A program made the position numbers and the translations under genes. Source: Anaeromyxobacteraceae bacterium (GTDB lineage Bacteria > Myxococcota > Myxococcia > Myxococcales > Anaeromyxobacteraceae). Taken from it: a stretch of 64,000 nt of DNA. A model generated the notes under the pieces. That model searched no databases and was not told the origin of the DNA. It saw only the letters and a program-made list of their open reading frames with translations. Shown in pieces: positions 1 to 8,755 of the stretch; positions within the stretch are counted from its first letter, which is position 1, and every line of letters begins with the position of its first letter. The stretch lies in the NCBI GenBank assembly GCA_032654565.1, contig JAULAX010000015.1, positions 576,001 to 640,000 on the forward strand, given 5' to 3'.

Positions 1-2
1 TC

Positions 3-170
3 TGCTGGCCGCTGGCCCTGCTGGCGCTGCTCCTCTACCCGCTGGCCTGGCTGCTGCTGCTGCCCTTCAGGATCCTCGGGATCGCGGTGGACGGCGTGCT
101 GGGGCTGCTCAAGGCGGTGTTCTTCCTCCCCGCCCGCCTGCTGGGCGGGCCGGGGCGCCTGCACGGCTGA
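3..170 (+). CDS. 3' end of a small hydrophobic membrane protein (partial, runs off window start)
   Basis: Open frame CWPLALLALLLYPLAWLLLLPFRILGIAVDG... ends at TGA 168-170; GC-rich third positions. Confidence 0.65.
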   Translation, partial: CWPLALLALLLYPLAWLLLLPFRILGIAVDGVLGLLKAVFFLPARLLGGPGRLHG

Positions 171-199
171 TCCCGGCCACCCGGCAGGCCGGCCCGGCG

Positions 200-1657
200 C
201 TACCGGGCCAGCTCGAACAGGTAGTCGACGAAGGAGCGCACCGCGTCGTCGTAGCCGCGCAGCTTCGGGTTGGCGCTCTCGATCAGGTAGTACTCGTCCG
301 GCGCGTGGGCGCCGGAGCCGTGGCCGAGCCCGAAGTGGCCGGAGGCCAGCGAGAGCGGCTTCCCGGTGAAGACCCAGCCCGGGTAGGAGCCGGCGGTGCG
401 GGGCCAGAGCGGCGCCTCGATGCCGTACAGGCGATAGGTGGCCACCTGCTTCTGGATGAGCGGGGCGCTGGCGGGGGTCTGCGTCGGGTCGTAGCCGCCG
501 CTGGGGTTGACCTCGATGTCGCCGAACCCGCGCTTCGCCAGGTGGGTCCGCAGCGCCGCCACCGCCGCGTCGAAGGTCATGTCCGGCACCAGCCGCAGGT
601 CGAGCTTGGCCACCGCCCGATGCGGCAGCACCGTCATGCCCCCCGGCCCGGTGTGGCCGCCCACCAGCCCCTCGATGTTGACGGTCGGCCGGGAGACCAG
701 GGCGGCCAGGGCGTCGCGCCAGGAGGCGTCGTGGGCCCAGCGCCTCACCCCGAGGAGCCGCTTGGCGTCCTCCTCGCTCCCTCGGGCCGCCCCCTCCTCC
801 ACCATGCGGGCCTCCTCGGCGGAGAGCGGACGGGCCTTGTCGGCGAAGCCGTCGATGGCGGGGTCACCGTCGGCCGTGACCAGGGTGGCCAGCGCCTGCA
901 CCAGGTGGAAGGCCGGGCTGTCGAGCCGGGCCCGGTTGGCGGAGTGGACGTCCCTGGAGGCGCCGCGCCCCCAGCGCTCGCCGCTGGCGACCAGCTCCAG
1001 CTCGACGACGCCCTTGGCGCCCAGCGCCACCGACACCGTCCCGTCGAGCCCCTGCGACGCCGACGGCATGAAGACCCCCATGGCCTTCGCCAGGGCGGCC
1101 TGGACCTCGGGTCGGCGGACCACCTGGGCGAAGTGGGGCGAGCCGATCTCCTCCTCGCCCTCGGCCACCAGCACCAGGTTGACCGGGAGCTTCCTCCCGG
1201 CGCCGCGGATGGCGTGGAGCGCGGCCAGGAACGCCGACTGCGGCCCCTTCTGGTTCACCGCGCCGCGGCCCACCATCACCTTGCCCAGGCCGGGGCGGTC
1301 CACCAGCCGGGCCTCGAGCGGCGGCGAGCTCCACTCGGCCGGGTTGAACTGCTTCACGTCGTACATGAAGTAGAGCCCCACCCAGACCGCCGCGCCGGCG
1401 TCGAGCGTGGCGAAGACGCCCGGCTTCCCGTCGGTCGGCACCCGCTCCACCCGCTGGAAGCCGGCCTCGCGCAGCAGCCCCATCATGTGCTGGACGCCCG
1501 GCTCTGAGTTGAGCCCCTCGGCGGCGATGCTGGGGAGCGCGATCCAGCGCTGCAGGCGGGTCACCGCCTCGTCGTGCCGGCTGGTGATCTGGTCGTAGAC
1601 CGGCTGCAGGCCGGGGGCGGGAGCGCAGAGGAGCGAGGCCAGCAGGAGCGGGATCAT
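200..1657 (-). CDS. M20/M25/M40 family metallopeptidase with signal peptide
   Basis: Motifs YDV, GRGA.NQKG, EGEEEIGS, AHAPDE; hydrophobic N-terminus. Confidence 0.9.
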   Translation of the reverse strand: MIPLLLASLLCAPAPGLQPVYDQITSRHDEAVTRLQRWIALPSIAAEGLNSEPGVQHMMGLLREAGFQRVERVPTDGKPGVFATLDAGAAVWVGLYFMYDVKQFNPAEWSSPPLEARLVDRPGLGKVMVGRGAVNQKGPQSAFLAALHAIRGAGRKLPVNLVLVAEGEEEIGSPHFAQVVRRPEVQAALAKAMGVFMPSASQGLDGTVSVALGAKGVVELELVASGERWGRGASRDVHSANRARLDSPAFHLVQALATLVTADGDPAIDGFADKARPLSAEEARMVEEGAARGSEEDAKRLLGVRRWAHDASWRDALAALVSRPTVNIEGLVGGHTGPGGMTVLPHRAVAKLDLRLVPDMTFDAAVAALRTHLAKRGFGDIEVNPSGGYDPTQTPASAPLIQKQVATYRLYGIEAPLWPRTAGSYPGWVFTGKPLSLASGHFGLGHGSGAHAPDEYYLIESANPKLRGYDDAVRSFVDYLFELAR

Positions 1658-1711
1658 CGGGTCACCTCGGGTGAAGCGGGAGCTGAAGGCGAGGCCATGG
1701 AGCCGCGCCCC

Positions 1712-2848
1712 TCAAGGCTCGAAGAGGGCCCGGGCCGCCTCGAGGTTGGCGCTGGCGTGGGCGGCGTAGCCGGCCCGCCGGGCCCGCAGCTCGTTGACCA
1801 GCTCGAGGCCGGTCTTGTCGCAGGGCGGCAGCTCGACGTCGCTGCGGCCGAGGGGCGTGGTCCGCTCGCCCCAGCGCACCAGGTGGGCGCACCAGGTGAG
1901 GCCGGCGCCGAAGGCCGGCATGAGCAGCCAGGCGCCGGGGGTGACCCGCCCCTCCTCCAGCGCCTCCACCAGCGCCACCGGCACCGTGGCCGCCGACATG
2001 TTGGCGTAGCGGTGGACGTTGACGAAGACCTTGGCCGCGTCGACGCCGATGCGCCGCCCCACCGCGTCGATGATGCGCAGGTTGGCCTGGTGGGGGATGA
2101 CCAGGTCGACGTCGCCGATGGCCAGGCCGCGCTTGGCCAGCGCCTCCTGCCCGGCCAGCGCCATGCCCACCACGGCGCGCTTGAAGATCTCCGACCCCTC
2201 GAAGATCCAGCGGGTGTGGCCGTAGGGGATGCCGCGGTTGGCGAAGCGGCCGCCCACGCCGCGGATGTCGAGCGCCCCGCGGGCGTCGGCGTAGCAGCCG
2301 AGCCGCTCGGCCTGCAGCCCCTCCTCGCGGTCGGTGGCCTGGAGGATGACGGCGCCGCAGCCGTCGCCGAAGAGGATGGCGGTGTTGCGGTCCTCCCAGT
2401 CGAGGAAGGGGGTGGGGACCTCGCCGCCCACCACCAGCGCCGTCTTCACCACCCCGGTGCGGATCAGCGCGGTGGCGGTGGAGACCCCGTAGAGGAAGCT
2501 GGTGCAGGCGGTGTTGAGGTCCATGGCGGCGGCGTTGACCGCCCCCAGCCGGTGCTGCAGCCCGGAGGCCACGTTGGGCGCCATCTCGTCGCCGATGGTG
2601 CTCCCCACGATGACCAGGTCGAGCGCGTCGGCCGGGAGCCCGGCGCAGGCCAGGGCCCGCGAGGAGGCCACCACCGCCAGCTCGCCGAGCGAGACGTGGG
2701 AGACGCGCCGCTCCTTCATCCCGGTGCGGCTGACGATCCACTCGTCGCTGGTCTCCAGGAAGGTGCCGAGATCGGCGTTGGTGAGCACGGCCGGGGGCAG
2801 GCACTTGCCCCAGCCGGTGATGGCAGCGTGGGTCATCGAGATCCTCAT
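1712..2848 (-). CDS. fabH: 3-oxoacyl-ACP synthase III
   Basis: TSDEWIVSRTG, ACTSF (catalytic Cys), LFGDG, PHQANLRII, NMSAA motifs; start may be ATG at 2836. Confidence 0.9.
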   Translation of the reverse strand: MRISMTHAAITGWGKCLPPAVLTNADLGTFLETSDEWIVSRTGMKERRVSHVSLGELAVVASSRALACAGLPADALDLVIVGSTIGDEMAPNVASGLQHRLGAVNAAAMDLNTACTSFLYGVSTATALIRTGVVKTALVVGGEVPTPFLDWEDRNTAILFGDGCGAVILQATDREEGLQAERLGCYADARGALDIRGVGGRFANRGIPYGHTRWIFEGSEIFKRAVVGMALAGQEALAKRGLAIGDVDLVIPHQANLRIIDAVGRRIGVDAAKVFVNVHRYANMSAATVPVALVEALEEGRVTPGAWLLMPAFGAGLTWCAHLVRWGERTTPLGRSDVELPPCDKTGLELVNELRARRAGYAAHASANLEAARALFEP

Positions 2849-2902
2849 CGTGGGGAGCGGAGGCGGGGGAGGGAGGGTACCCCGAGCGGCCGGCCGGGGG
2901 CT

Positions 2903-3610
2903 TTACGCGCCGCGGCGTGGCGCCGCCAGCACCAGCCGCCGGGCCCGCTCGGCCCGCTTGGCCGAGAGCTCCACGCCGACGGCGTCGAGGCCGTGGAGGT
3001 TGGCCACCGCCAGCATGGTGCCGAGGCCGCAGAAGGGATCGACCACGGTGCGGCAGCCGGTGTCGGCGAGGAGGAAGCGGGCCACCGCCTCGCAGGCCTC
3101 GCGCCCCATGGCCCGGGCCCAGGTCATCTCGCCGAGGCGGGGGAGCACGTCGGGGCTGGAGCGGCCGGGGGGCAGCCGCAGCCCGCGCGAGAGGCAGAGC
3201 AGGTGGGCGTAGGCGGGCCGGCCGAAGGTGGTGATCCCCGGGGGCGCGCGGCAGACCACCTTGTGCCAGAGCAGGTGGGCCCCGGCCCGGTCGGCGCCGG
3301 TGAGCACCAGGTGGGCCTTGTCGACCCAGCGGCCGTCCCGCTTCACGTCGGTCTGGTAGAAGACCGCCACCGCCTGGTCGGCCACGGCGGCGCAGCAGAG
3401 CGCCGCGGCCTCCACGAACCAGTCGCGCCAGCCCTCGAAGCCGAGCCCGGGCAGCTCGGAGGCGTCGGGGAGCGAGGTGACCACCGCCTGGTCGGCGGGG
3501 AGGCGGCCGGTCCGCAGGAAGGCCACGCCGTCGCCGCAGCTGACCTGGCGCCGGGGCTGGCCCGGGCCCGGGGCGCCGTCGCCGTCGCCGCGCTCGGGGG
3601 CGTCGACCAT
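2903..3610 (-). CDS. SAM-dependent methyltransferase (N4/N6 DNA-methylase-like motif I)
   Basis: C-terminal VVDPFCGLGT...AVGVELS; ATG 3610 lies just after the acyl-CoA dehydrogenase stop. Confidence 0.7.
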   Translation of the reverse strand: MVDAPERGDGDGAPGPGQPRRQVSCGDGVAFLRTGRLPADQAVVTSLPDASELPGLGFEGWRDWFVEAAALCCAAVADQAVAVFYQTDVKRDGRWVDKAHLVLTGADRAGAHLLWHKVVCRAPPGITTFGRPAYAHLLCLSRGLRLPPGRSSPDVLPRLGEMTWARAMGREACEAVARFLLADTGCRTVVDPFCGLGTMLAVANLHGLDAVGVELSAKRAERARRLVLAAPRRGA

Positions 3611-3615
3611 GGCGG

Positions 3616-4770
3616 CTAGAGCCCGACCAGCTTGGCGATGATCTCCTTCATGATCTCGGCGGTGCCGCCGGCGATGGGCAGCGCCCGCACGTCGCGCCAG
3701 GCCCGGGCGATGTCGGTCTCCACCATGTAGCCCATGCCGCCGTGGAACTGCATGCAGTCGTAGGCCACCTCCTGCACCAGGTCGCAGGCCACCAGCTTGG
3801 CCATGGAGATCTCCTTCACCGCCATCTCCTTGCGGTTGAAGAGGTCGGCGGCCCGGTAGGTGAGCCAGCGGGCCGCCTCCACCGCCGCCAGGTGCTCGGC
3901 GAACTTGTGGCGCCAGACCTGGAAGCTGGCGATGGGACGGCCGAAGGCGGTGCGCTCCTGCCCGTAGGCCATGGCCTCGTCGAGCATGAGCTGGGCGCCG
4001 GCCACCGCGGTGACGGCCGCCACCAGCCGCTCCCCCTGGAAGCCGGTCATGATCTGGAAGAACCCCTGGTTCTCCTCGCCGAGCAGGTAGCGGGCCGGGA
4101 TGCGGCAGTCGTCGAAGTGGAGGATGGCGGTGTCGGAGGAGAGGTTTCCCACCTTCTCCAGCTTCTTGCCGACCGAGAAGCCGGTGACGTCGGTGGGGAA
4201 GGTGCAGAGCGAGAGGCCGCCGTAGCCCGGCTCGCCGGTCCGCACCGCCAGGGTGAGGAAGTCGGCGCGGGCCCCGTTGGAGATCCACATCTTGGAGCCG
4301 TTGATGACCAGGTCGTCGCCGTCGCGCCGCGCCGAGGTGACGATCGAGGCCACGTCGGAGCCGGCGTTGGGCTCGGAGATGGCCAGGGCCGCCACCTTCT
4401 CGCCGGCCAGGGCCGGCGCCAGGAACTCACGCTTCTGCTCGTCGCTCCCCAGCTCGCCGATGATGGGCGTGGCCATCTCGCCCTGCACCAGCATGGCGGT
4501 GCCGAGCCCGCCGTTCTTGCAGCGCACCAGCTCCTCGGCGTAGGCCACCACGTACCAGTAGTCGAGACCGGAGCCGCCCCAGGCCGGGTCGTGGCGGATG
4601 CCGAGGAGCCCCAGCTCGCCGAAGCGGCGGAAGAGGGCGCGCGGGAACTCGCCGGCGTCGTCCCACTCGCGGGCGTGCGGGGCCAGCTCCCCCTCGGCGA
4701 ACTTGCGGACGGTGCGGCGGAAGGCCTGGTGGTCCTCGGTGAAAGGCTCGAAGGCGATGGCGCTGGGCAT
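3616..4770 (-). CDS. acyl-CoA dehydrogenase
   Basis: AISEPNAGSD, INGSKMWISNG, RTAFGRPI, QFHGGMGY, IAGGTAEIMK; start MPSAIAF at 4770. Confidence 0.95.
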   Translation of the reverse strand: MPSAIAFEPFTEDHQAFRRTVRKFAEGELAPHAREWDDAGEFPRALFRRFGELGLLGIRHDPAWGGSGLDYWYVVAYAEELVRCKNGGLGTAMLVQGEMATPIIGELGSDEQKREFLAPALAGEKVAALAISEPNAGSDVASIVTSARRDGDDLVINGSKMWISNGARADFLTLAVRTGEPGYGGLSLCTFPTDVTGFSVGKKLEKVGNLSSDTAILHFDDCRIPARYLLGEENQGFFQIMTGFQGERLVAAVTAVAGAQLMLDEAMAYGQERTAFGRPIASFQVWRHKFAEHLAAVEAARWLTYRAADLFNRKEMAVKEISMAKLVACDLVQEVAYDCMQFHGGMGYMVETDIARAWRDVRALPIAGGTAEIMKEIIAKLVGL

Positions 4771-4871
4771 GGCGGCGAGCAGACCAGAGGCGGGGTGGCG
4801 AGGCAAGGCGGGATGGGCCGGCCCTTGCCGCGGGCCGCCGGCTGGGGTCTGCTGCACGGCAGGAGGCCGGC

Positions 4872-5705
4872 ATGAAGGCGACCGAGTGGACCTGGCGGAG
4901 CGGGGACGGGCTGGAGATGCAGGCCCGCGAGTGGGTGCCGGACGGCGCGGCGCGGGGGCTGGTGGTGCTGGTCCACGGCTTCGACGACCACGGCGGCCGC
5001 TACACCCACGTCGGCAAGGCCTTCGCCGAGGCCGGCTTCGTCCTCTGCAGCTACGACGCCCGCGGCCACGGCCGCTCCGGCGGCAAGCGGGCCTACGTCG
5101 ACCGCTACGACCAGCTGCTCGACGACGTCGGCGCCTTCATCGAGCTGGTGGGCTTCCGCCACCCGGGCCTGCCCCGCCTCCTCTACGGCCACTCCATGGG
5201 CGGCAACCAGGTGCTCAACTTCCTGCTGCGCCGTCGGCCCAGGCTGGCGGGCGCCGTGGCCACCAGCCCGTGGCTGGAGCTGGCGGTGACCCCGCCGGGC
5301 TGGCAGGTGGCGGCGGCGCGGGTGGCGGCCCGGCTGCTCGGCGGCGTGTCGCTCCCCACCGGCATGAACAGCGGCGCCATCTCCCGCGACCCGGAGGTGG
5401 TCAAGGCCTACCAGGCCGACCCCATGGTGCGCGGGAAGATCACCCCCAAGCTGCTGGTCCACGTGCTCGACGCCGGCGCCTGGGCCATCGAGCACGCCGG
5501 CGAGCTCACCGTGCCGACGCTCATCCTGCACGGCGACTCCGACGAGATCACCTCGGAGGGGGCCAGCCGGCGCTTCGCCGAGGCGGCCGGACCGCTGGCC
5601 ACCTTCCGCAGCTGGCCGGGCGGCTTCCACGAACTGCACAACGAGCCGGAGAAGGCCGAGGTGCTGAAGGTGATCACCGACTGGGTGGCCGCCCGGGTCG
5701 CCTAG
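4872..5705 (+). CDS. alpha/beta hydrolase (lysophospholipase/monoglyceride lipase family)
   Basis: VHGF.DH, DARGHGRS, GHSMGG nucleophile elbow, HELHNEP. Confidence 0.92.
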   Translation: MKATEWTWRSGDGLEMQAREWVPDGAARGLVVLVHGFDDHGGRYTHVGKAFAEAGFVLCSYDARGHGRSGGKRAYVDRYDQLLDDVGAFIELVGFRHPGLPRLLYGHSMGGNQVLNFLLRRRPRLAGAVATSPWLELAVTPPGWQVAAARVAARLLGGVSLPTGMNSGAISRDPEVVKAYQADPMVRGKITPKLLVHVLDAGAWAIEHAGELTVPTLILHGDSDEITSEGASRRFAEAAGPLATFRSWPGGFHELHNEPEKAEVLKVITDWVAARVA

Positions 5706-5753
5706 GGGCCGGCGCCCGCTCCAGGGCCTGGCCGCGCCGGCCGGGCCGCCGGT

Positions 5754-6575
5754 TCAGGCGCGGTGGCCCAGGAACTTCTCCAGCGCCACCCGGACCGAGC
5801 GCTCCACCGCCGCCGGCATGGGCGCCTCGCCGGCCCGCTTGCAGAGGGCCAGGGTGGAGCGGAGCGAGTCGCAGCGCCCCCGGCAGACCGGGCAGGTCTG
5901 CAGGTGCTGCTCCAGGTCGGCGCAGGAGGCGCCGTCGATCTCCCCCTCCATGCGGCGGGAGAAGAGCTCGACCACGTCGCGGCAGCTGGGCAGGGGCGCG
6001 CCGTCGACGCCGAGGCCGAGCGCCGGCGCCACCTGCTCGCGGACCGACATGCGGGCCCGGTGGAGCCGGCTCTTCACCGCCTCCACCGAGAGGCCGAGCG
6101 CCTCGGCCACCTCGGCGGCGGGGAGCCCCTCGACGTCGCGCAGCACCAGCACCTCCCGGTACATGGGCTCGAGGGTGGCGATGGCGGCGTCGAGGGCCAG
6201 CTGCAGCTGCCGGCCGGCGGCCACCTCCTCGGGGGAGCGGCCGGGGTCGGCCACCGCGCCGCCGGGGCCGGCCTCCTCGTCGAGCGACTCCATGGAGGTG
6301 GGGGCGAACTTGCTGGTCCGCCGCCGCTTGATGCAGAAGCTCCGGGCGATGGTGTAGAGCCAGGTGGAGACCGACGAGGCCTCGCGGAACTCGGGCAGGG
6401 TGCGGGCCGCGGCCAGCAGGGTCTCCTGCACCACGTCGGCGGCGTCCTCGTCGTCGCCGCACATCTTCCTGCCGAAGCGGTAGACCCGCCCCTGGTGGCG
6501 GGACAGCAGGGCCTCGAGGGCCTGGCGGTCGCCGGCCTTGGCGGCGGTGACCAGCTCCGAATCCGGCGTGGACAT
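5754..6575 (-). CDS. ECF sigma-70 factor with fused C-terminal zinc-binding anti-sigma-like (zf-HC2) domain
   Basis: Region 2 DAADVVQET...TWLYTIAR, region 4 AVKSRLHRAR, then C-terminal C...HLQTCPVC. Confidence 0.88.
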   Translation of the reverse strand: MSTPDSELVTAAKAGDRQALEALLSRHQGRVYRFGRKMCGDDEDAADVVQETLLAAARTLPEFREASSVSTWLYTIARSFCIKRRRTSKFAPTSMESLDEEAGPGGAVADPGRSPEEVAAGRQLQLALDAAIATLEPMYREVLVLRDVEGLPAAEVAEALGLSVEAVKSRLHRARMSVREQVAPALGLGVDGAPLPSCRDVVELFSRRMEGEIDGASCADLEQHLQTCPVCRGRCDSLRSTLALCKRAGEAPMPAAVERSVRVALEKFLGHRA

Positions 6576-6636
6576 GCAGGGATGAGTAGCCGAGGTGGCC
6601 CCCGGGCACAACGCCCCGACGGCCCCCTGAAATGAG

Positions 6637-6668
6637 AAAACCCGGCCTCCGCGAGGAGGTCGGGCTTT
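6637..6668 (-). terminator. Rho-independent terminator downstream of the cold-shock gene
   Basis: Minus strand GCCCGACCTCC-TCGC-GGAGGCCGGGT followed by TTTC. Confidence 0.8.
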
Positions 6669-6699
6669 CAGTGCCGCGAAAGATTCGCGACGGACGCGA

Positions 6700-6906
6700 C
6701 TAGGCGACCGGACGGACGTTCGCCGCCTGCAGGCCCTTCGGGCCCTTGGTCACGTCGAACTCCACCTTCTGGCCCTCGGCCAGCGAGCGGAACCCGTCGG
6801 CCTGGATGGCCGTGTGGTGGCAGAAGACATCCTCGCCACCGCTGTCCTGCGTGATGAACCCAAAGCCCTTCGCGTCGTTGAACCACTTCACGGTACCGGT
6901 AGCCAT
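6700..6906 (-). CDS. cspA: cold-shock protein (CspA family)
   Basis: [20 protein letters not shown]...DVFCH RNP1/RNP2 motifs. Confidence 0.96.
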   Translation of the reverse strand: MATGTVKWFNDAKGFGFITQDSGGEDVFCHHTAIQADGFRSLAEGQKVEFDVTKGPKGLQAANVRPVA

Positions 6907-7112
6907 GTGCTGTCGTACTCTTTTCTGTCTGTGAACGCGCGGCTGTGTGCCGTCGCGGTGGAGCATGGACTCCCTGACGGGGAGCGAGTGGAGGATCTAG
7001 TCGATCCAGAGAAGGATGTCGAGCGCCCGGATCACGATCGGATACGTAACCCCCCTTGGGGGGAGCGGGCCCCGGCGCGCCCCGGCGATATCGCCCCGCC
7101 CCGGATCCATGT

Positions 7113-7146
7113 CTCAGGAACCTGATATAATCATCAGCACCCTGAG
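7113..7146 (+). promoter_or_regulatory. probable MarR operator overlapping a TATAAT -10 box
   Basis: Imperfect palindrome CTCAGG..CTGAT..ATCAG..CCTGAG with TATAAT at 7126-7131, directly upstream of the marR gene. Confidence 0.6.
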
Positions 7147-7162
7147 ATGAGGCGGTGACGGC

Positions 7163-7576
7163 GTGGACGATCGGGTCGGCTACATGCTGAAGCGGGTGCA
7201 GGCGGCCCACCGGGCCGGCCTCGACGAGCAGCTCCGGCCACGGGGGCTGACCGCGCCCCAGTACGCCCTGCTGGCGGCGCTGGAGCGCGAGCCTGGGACC
7301 TCCAACGCCGAGCTGGCGCGGCGGGCCTTCGTGACCCCGCAGACCATGGTCCGCGTCCTCGAGCACCTCGAGGCGGCCGGGCTGGTGGTGCGTCACCCCC
7401 ACCCCGGGCACGGCCGGATCCTGCTGGCCTCGCTGACCACCCGGGGGGCCAGGCTGGTGGCCGGCTGCCACGCCGGGGCCGCCGAGGTGGAGCAGCGGAT
7501 GCTGGCCGGGCTCGGCCCCGAGCAGCGCCGGCAGCTGCTCGACCTGCTGGTGAAGTGCGCGGTGGCGCTGGGGTAG
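7163..7576 (+). CDS. MarR family transcriptional regulator
   Basis: GLTAPQYALL, SNAELARRAFVTPQTM winged-HTH, LTTRG. Confidence 0.9.
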   Translation: MDDRVGYMLKRVQAAHRAGLDEQLRPRGLTAPQYALLAALEREPGTSNAELARRAFVTPQTMVRVLEHLEAAGLVVRHPHPGHGRILLASLTTRGARLVAGCHAGAAEVEQRMLAGLGPEQRRQLLDLLVKCAVALG

Positions 7577-7599
7577 GCTGCAGGGAGCGGAGGGGACCA

Positions 7600-8751
7600 A
7601 TGCGCATCATCGTCGCGCCGGACTCGTTCAAGGGCAGCGCCTCGGCGCTGGAGGTGGCGCGGGCCATGGAGCGCGGCGTCCGCGCCGTCTTCCCCGACGC
7701 CGAGGTGGTCAAGGTGCCCATCGCCGACGGCGGGGAGGGGACGGTGGCGGCGCTGCTCGACGCCACCGGGGGGCAGCCCCGGACCAGCCGGGTGCGCGGC
7801 CCGCTGGGCGAGCCGGTGGAGGCCGGCTGGGGCGTGCTGGGCGACGGGCGGACCGCGGTCCTGGAGATGGCCGCGGCCTCCGGGCTGCCGCTGGTCCCGG
7901 CCGGGCGGCGCGACCCGCGCCTCGCCAGCACCTCCGGCACCGGTGAGCTGGTGCGGGCGGCGCTGGACGAGGGGCTGCGCCGGCTGGTGCTCGGCATCGG
8001 CGGCAGCGCCACCAACGACGGCGGCGCCGGGCTGGCCCGGGCGCTGGGGGTCCGCTTCCTCGACGCCGCCGGGCGGGAGCTGGCCGAGGGCGGCGCGGCG
8101 CTGGCCGGCCTGGACCGCCTCGATCTCGCCGGGCTCGACCCGCGCCTCGCCACCGTCGAGCTGCTGGTGGCCTGCGACGTCGACAACCCGCTGACCGGGC
8201 CGCGCGGCGCCTCGGCGGTCTACGGCCCGCAGAAGGGGGCGACGCCGGCGGTGGTGGCCGAGCTGGACGCGGCGCTGGCCCGCTTCGCCGAGGTGGCCCG
8301 CGCCGCCACCGGGCGCGACGTGGCCTCCCTGCCGGGGGCCGGCGCCGCCGGCGGCCTGGGGGCCGGGCTGCTCTTCTTCACGCCGGCCCGCCTCCGCCCC
8401 GGCGTGGAGCTGGTGCTGGAGGCGACCGGCTTCGACCGGCTGCTGGCCGGCGCGGCGCTGGTGCTCACCGGGGAGGGGCGCACCGACGCCCAGACCGCCA
8501 TGGGCAAGGCGCCGGTGGGCGTGGCGGCGGCGGCCAGGCGTCACGGGGTCCCGGTGGTCTGCCTCTCCGGCGGGCTGGGCGACGGGGCCGACCTGGTGCT
8601 GGCCCACGGCATCGACGCGCTCGCCGCGGTGGTCCCCGGCCCCATGACGGTCGAGGAGGCGATGGCGGGCGGCGCGGCGCTCATCGAGGCGGCCACGGCG
8701 CGGGTCTGCCGGCTGCTCGCGGTGGGGCGGTCGCTGGCCTCGCGGGCCTAG
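7600..8751 (+). CDS. glxK: glycerate kinase (GlxK/GarK family)
   Basis: [45 protein letters not shown]. Confidence 0.93.
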   Translation: MRIIVAPDSFKGSASALEVARAMERGVRAVFPDAEVVKVPIADGGEGTVAALLDATGGQPRTSRVRGPLGEPVEAGWGVLGDGRTAVLEMAAASGLPLVPAGRRDPRLASTSGTGELVRAALDEGLRRLVLGIGGSATNDGGAGLARALGVRFLDAAGRELAEGGAALAGLDRLDLAGLDPRLATVELLVACDVDNPLTGPRGASAVYGPQKGATPAVVAELDAALARFAEVARAATGRDVASLPGAGAAGGLGAGLLFFTPARLRPGVELVLEATGFDRLLAGAALVLTGEGRTDAQTAMGKAPVGVAAAARRHGVPVVCLSGGLGDGADLVLAHGIDALAAVVPGPMTVEEAMAGGAALIEAATARVCRLLAVGRSLASRA

Positions 8752-8755
8752 AGCA

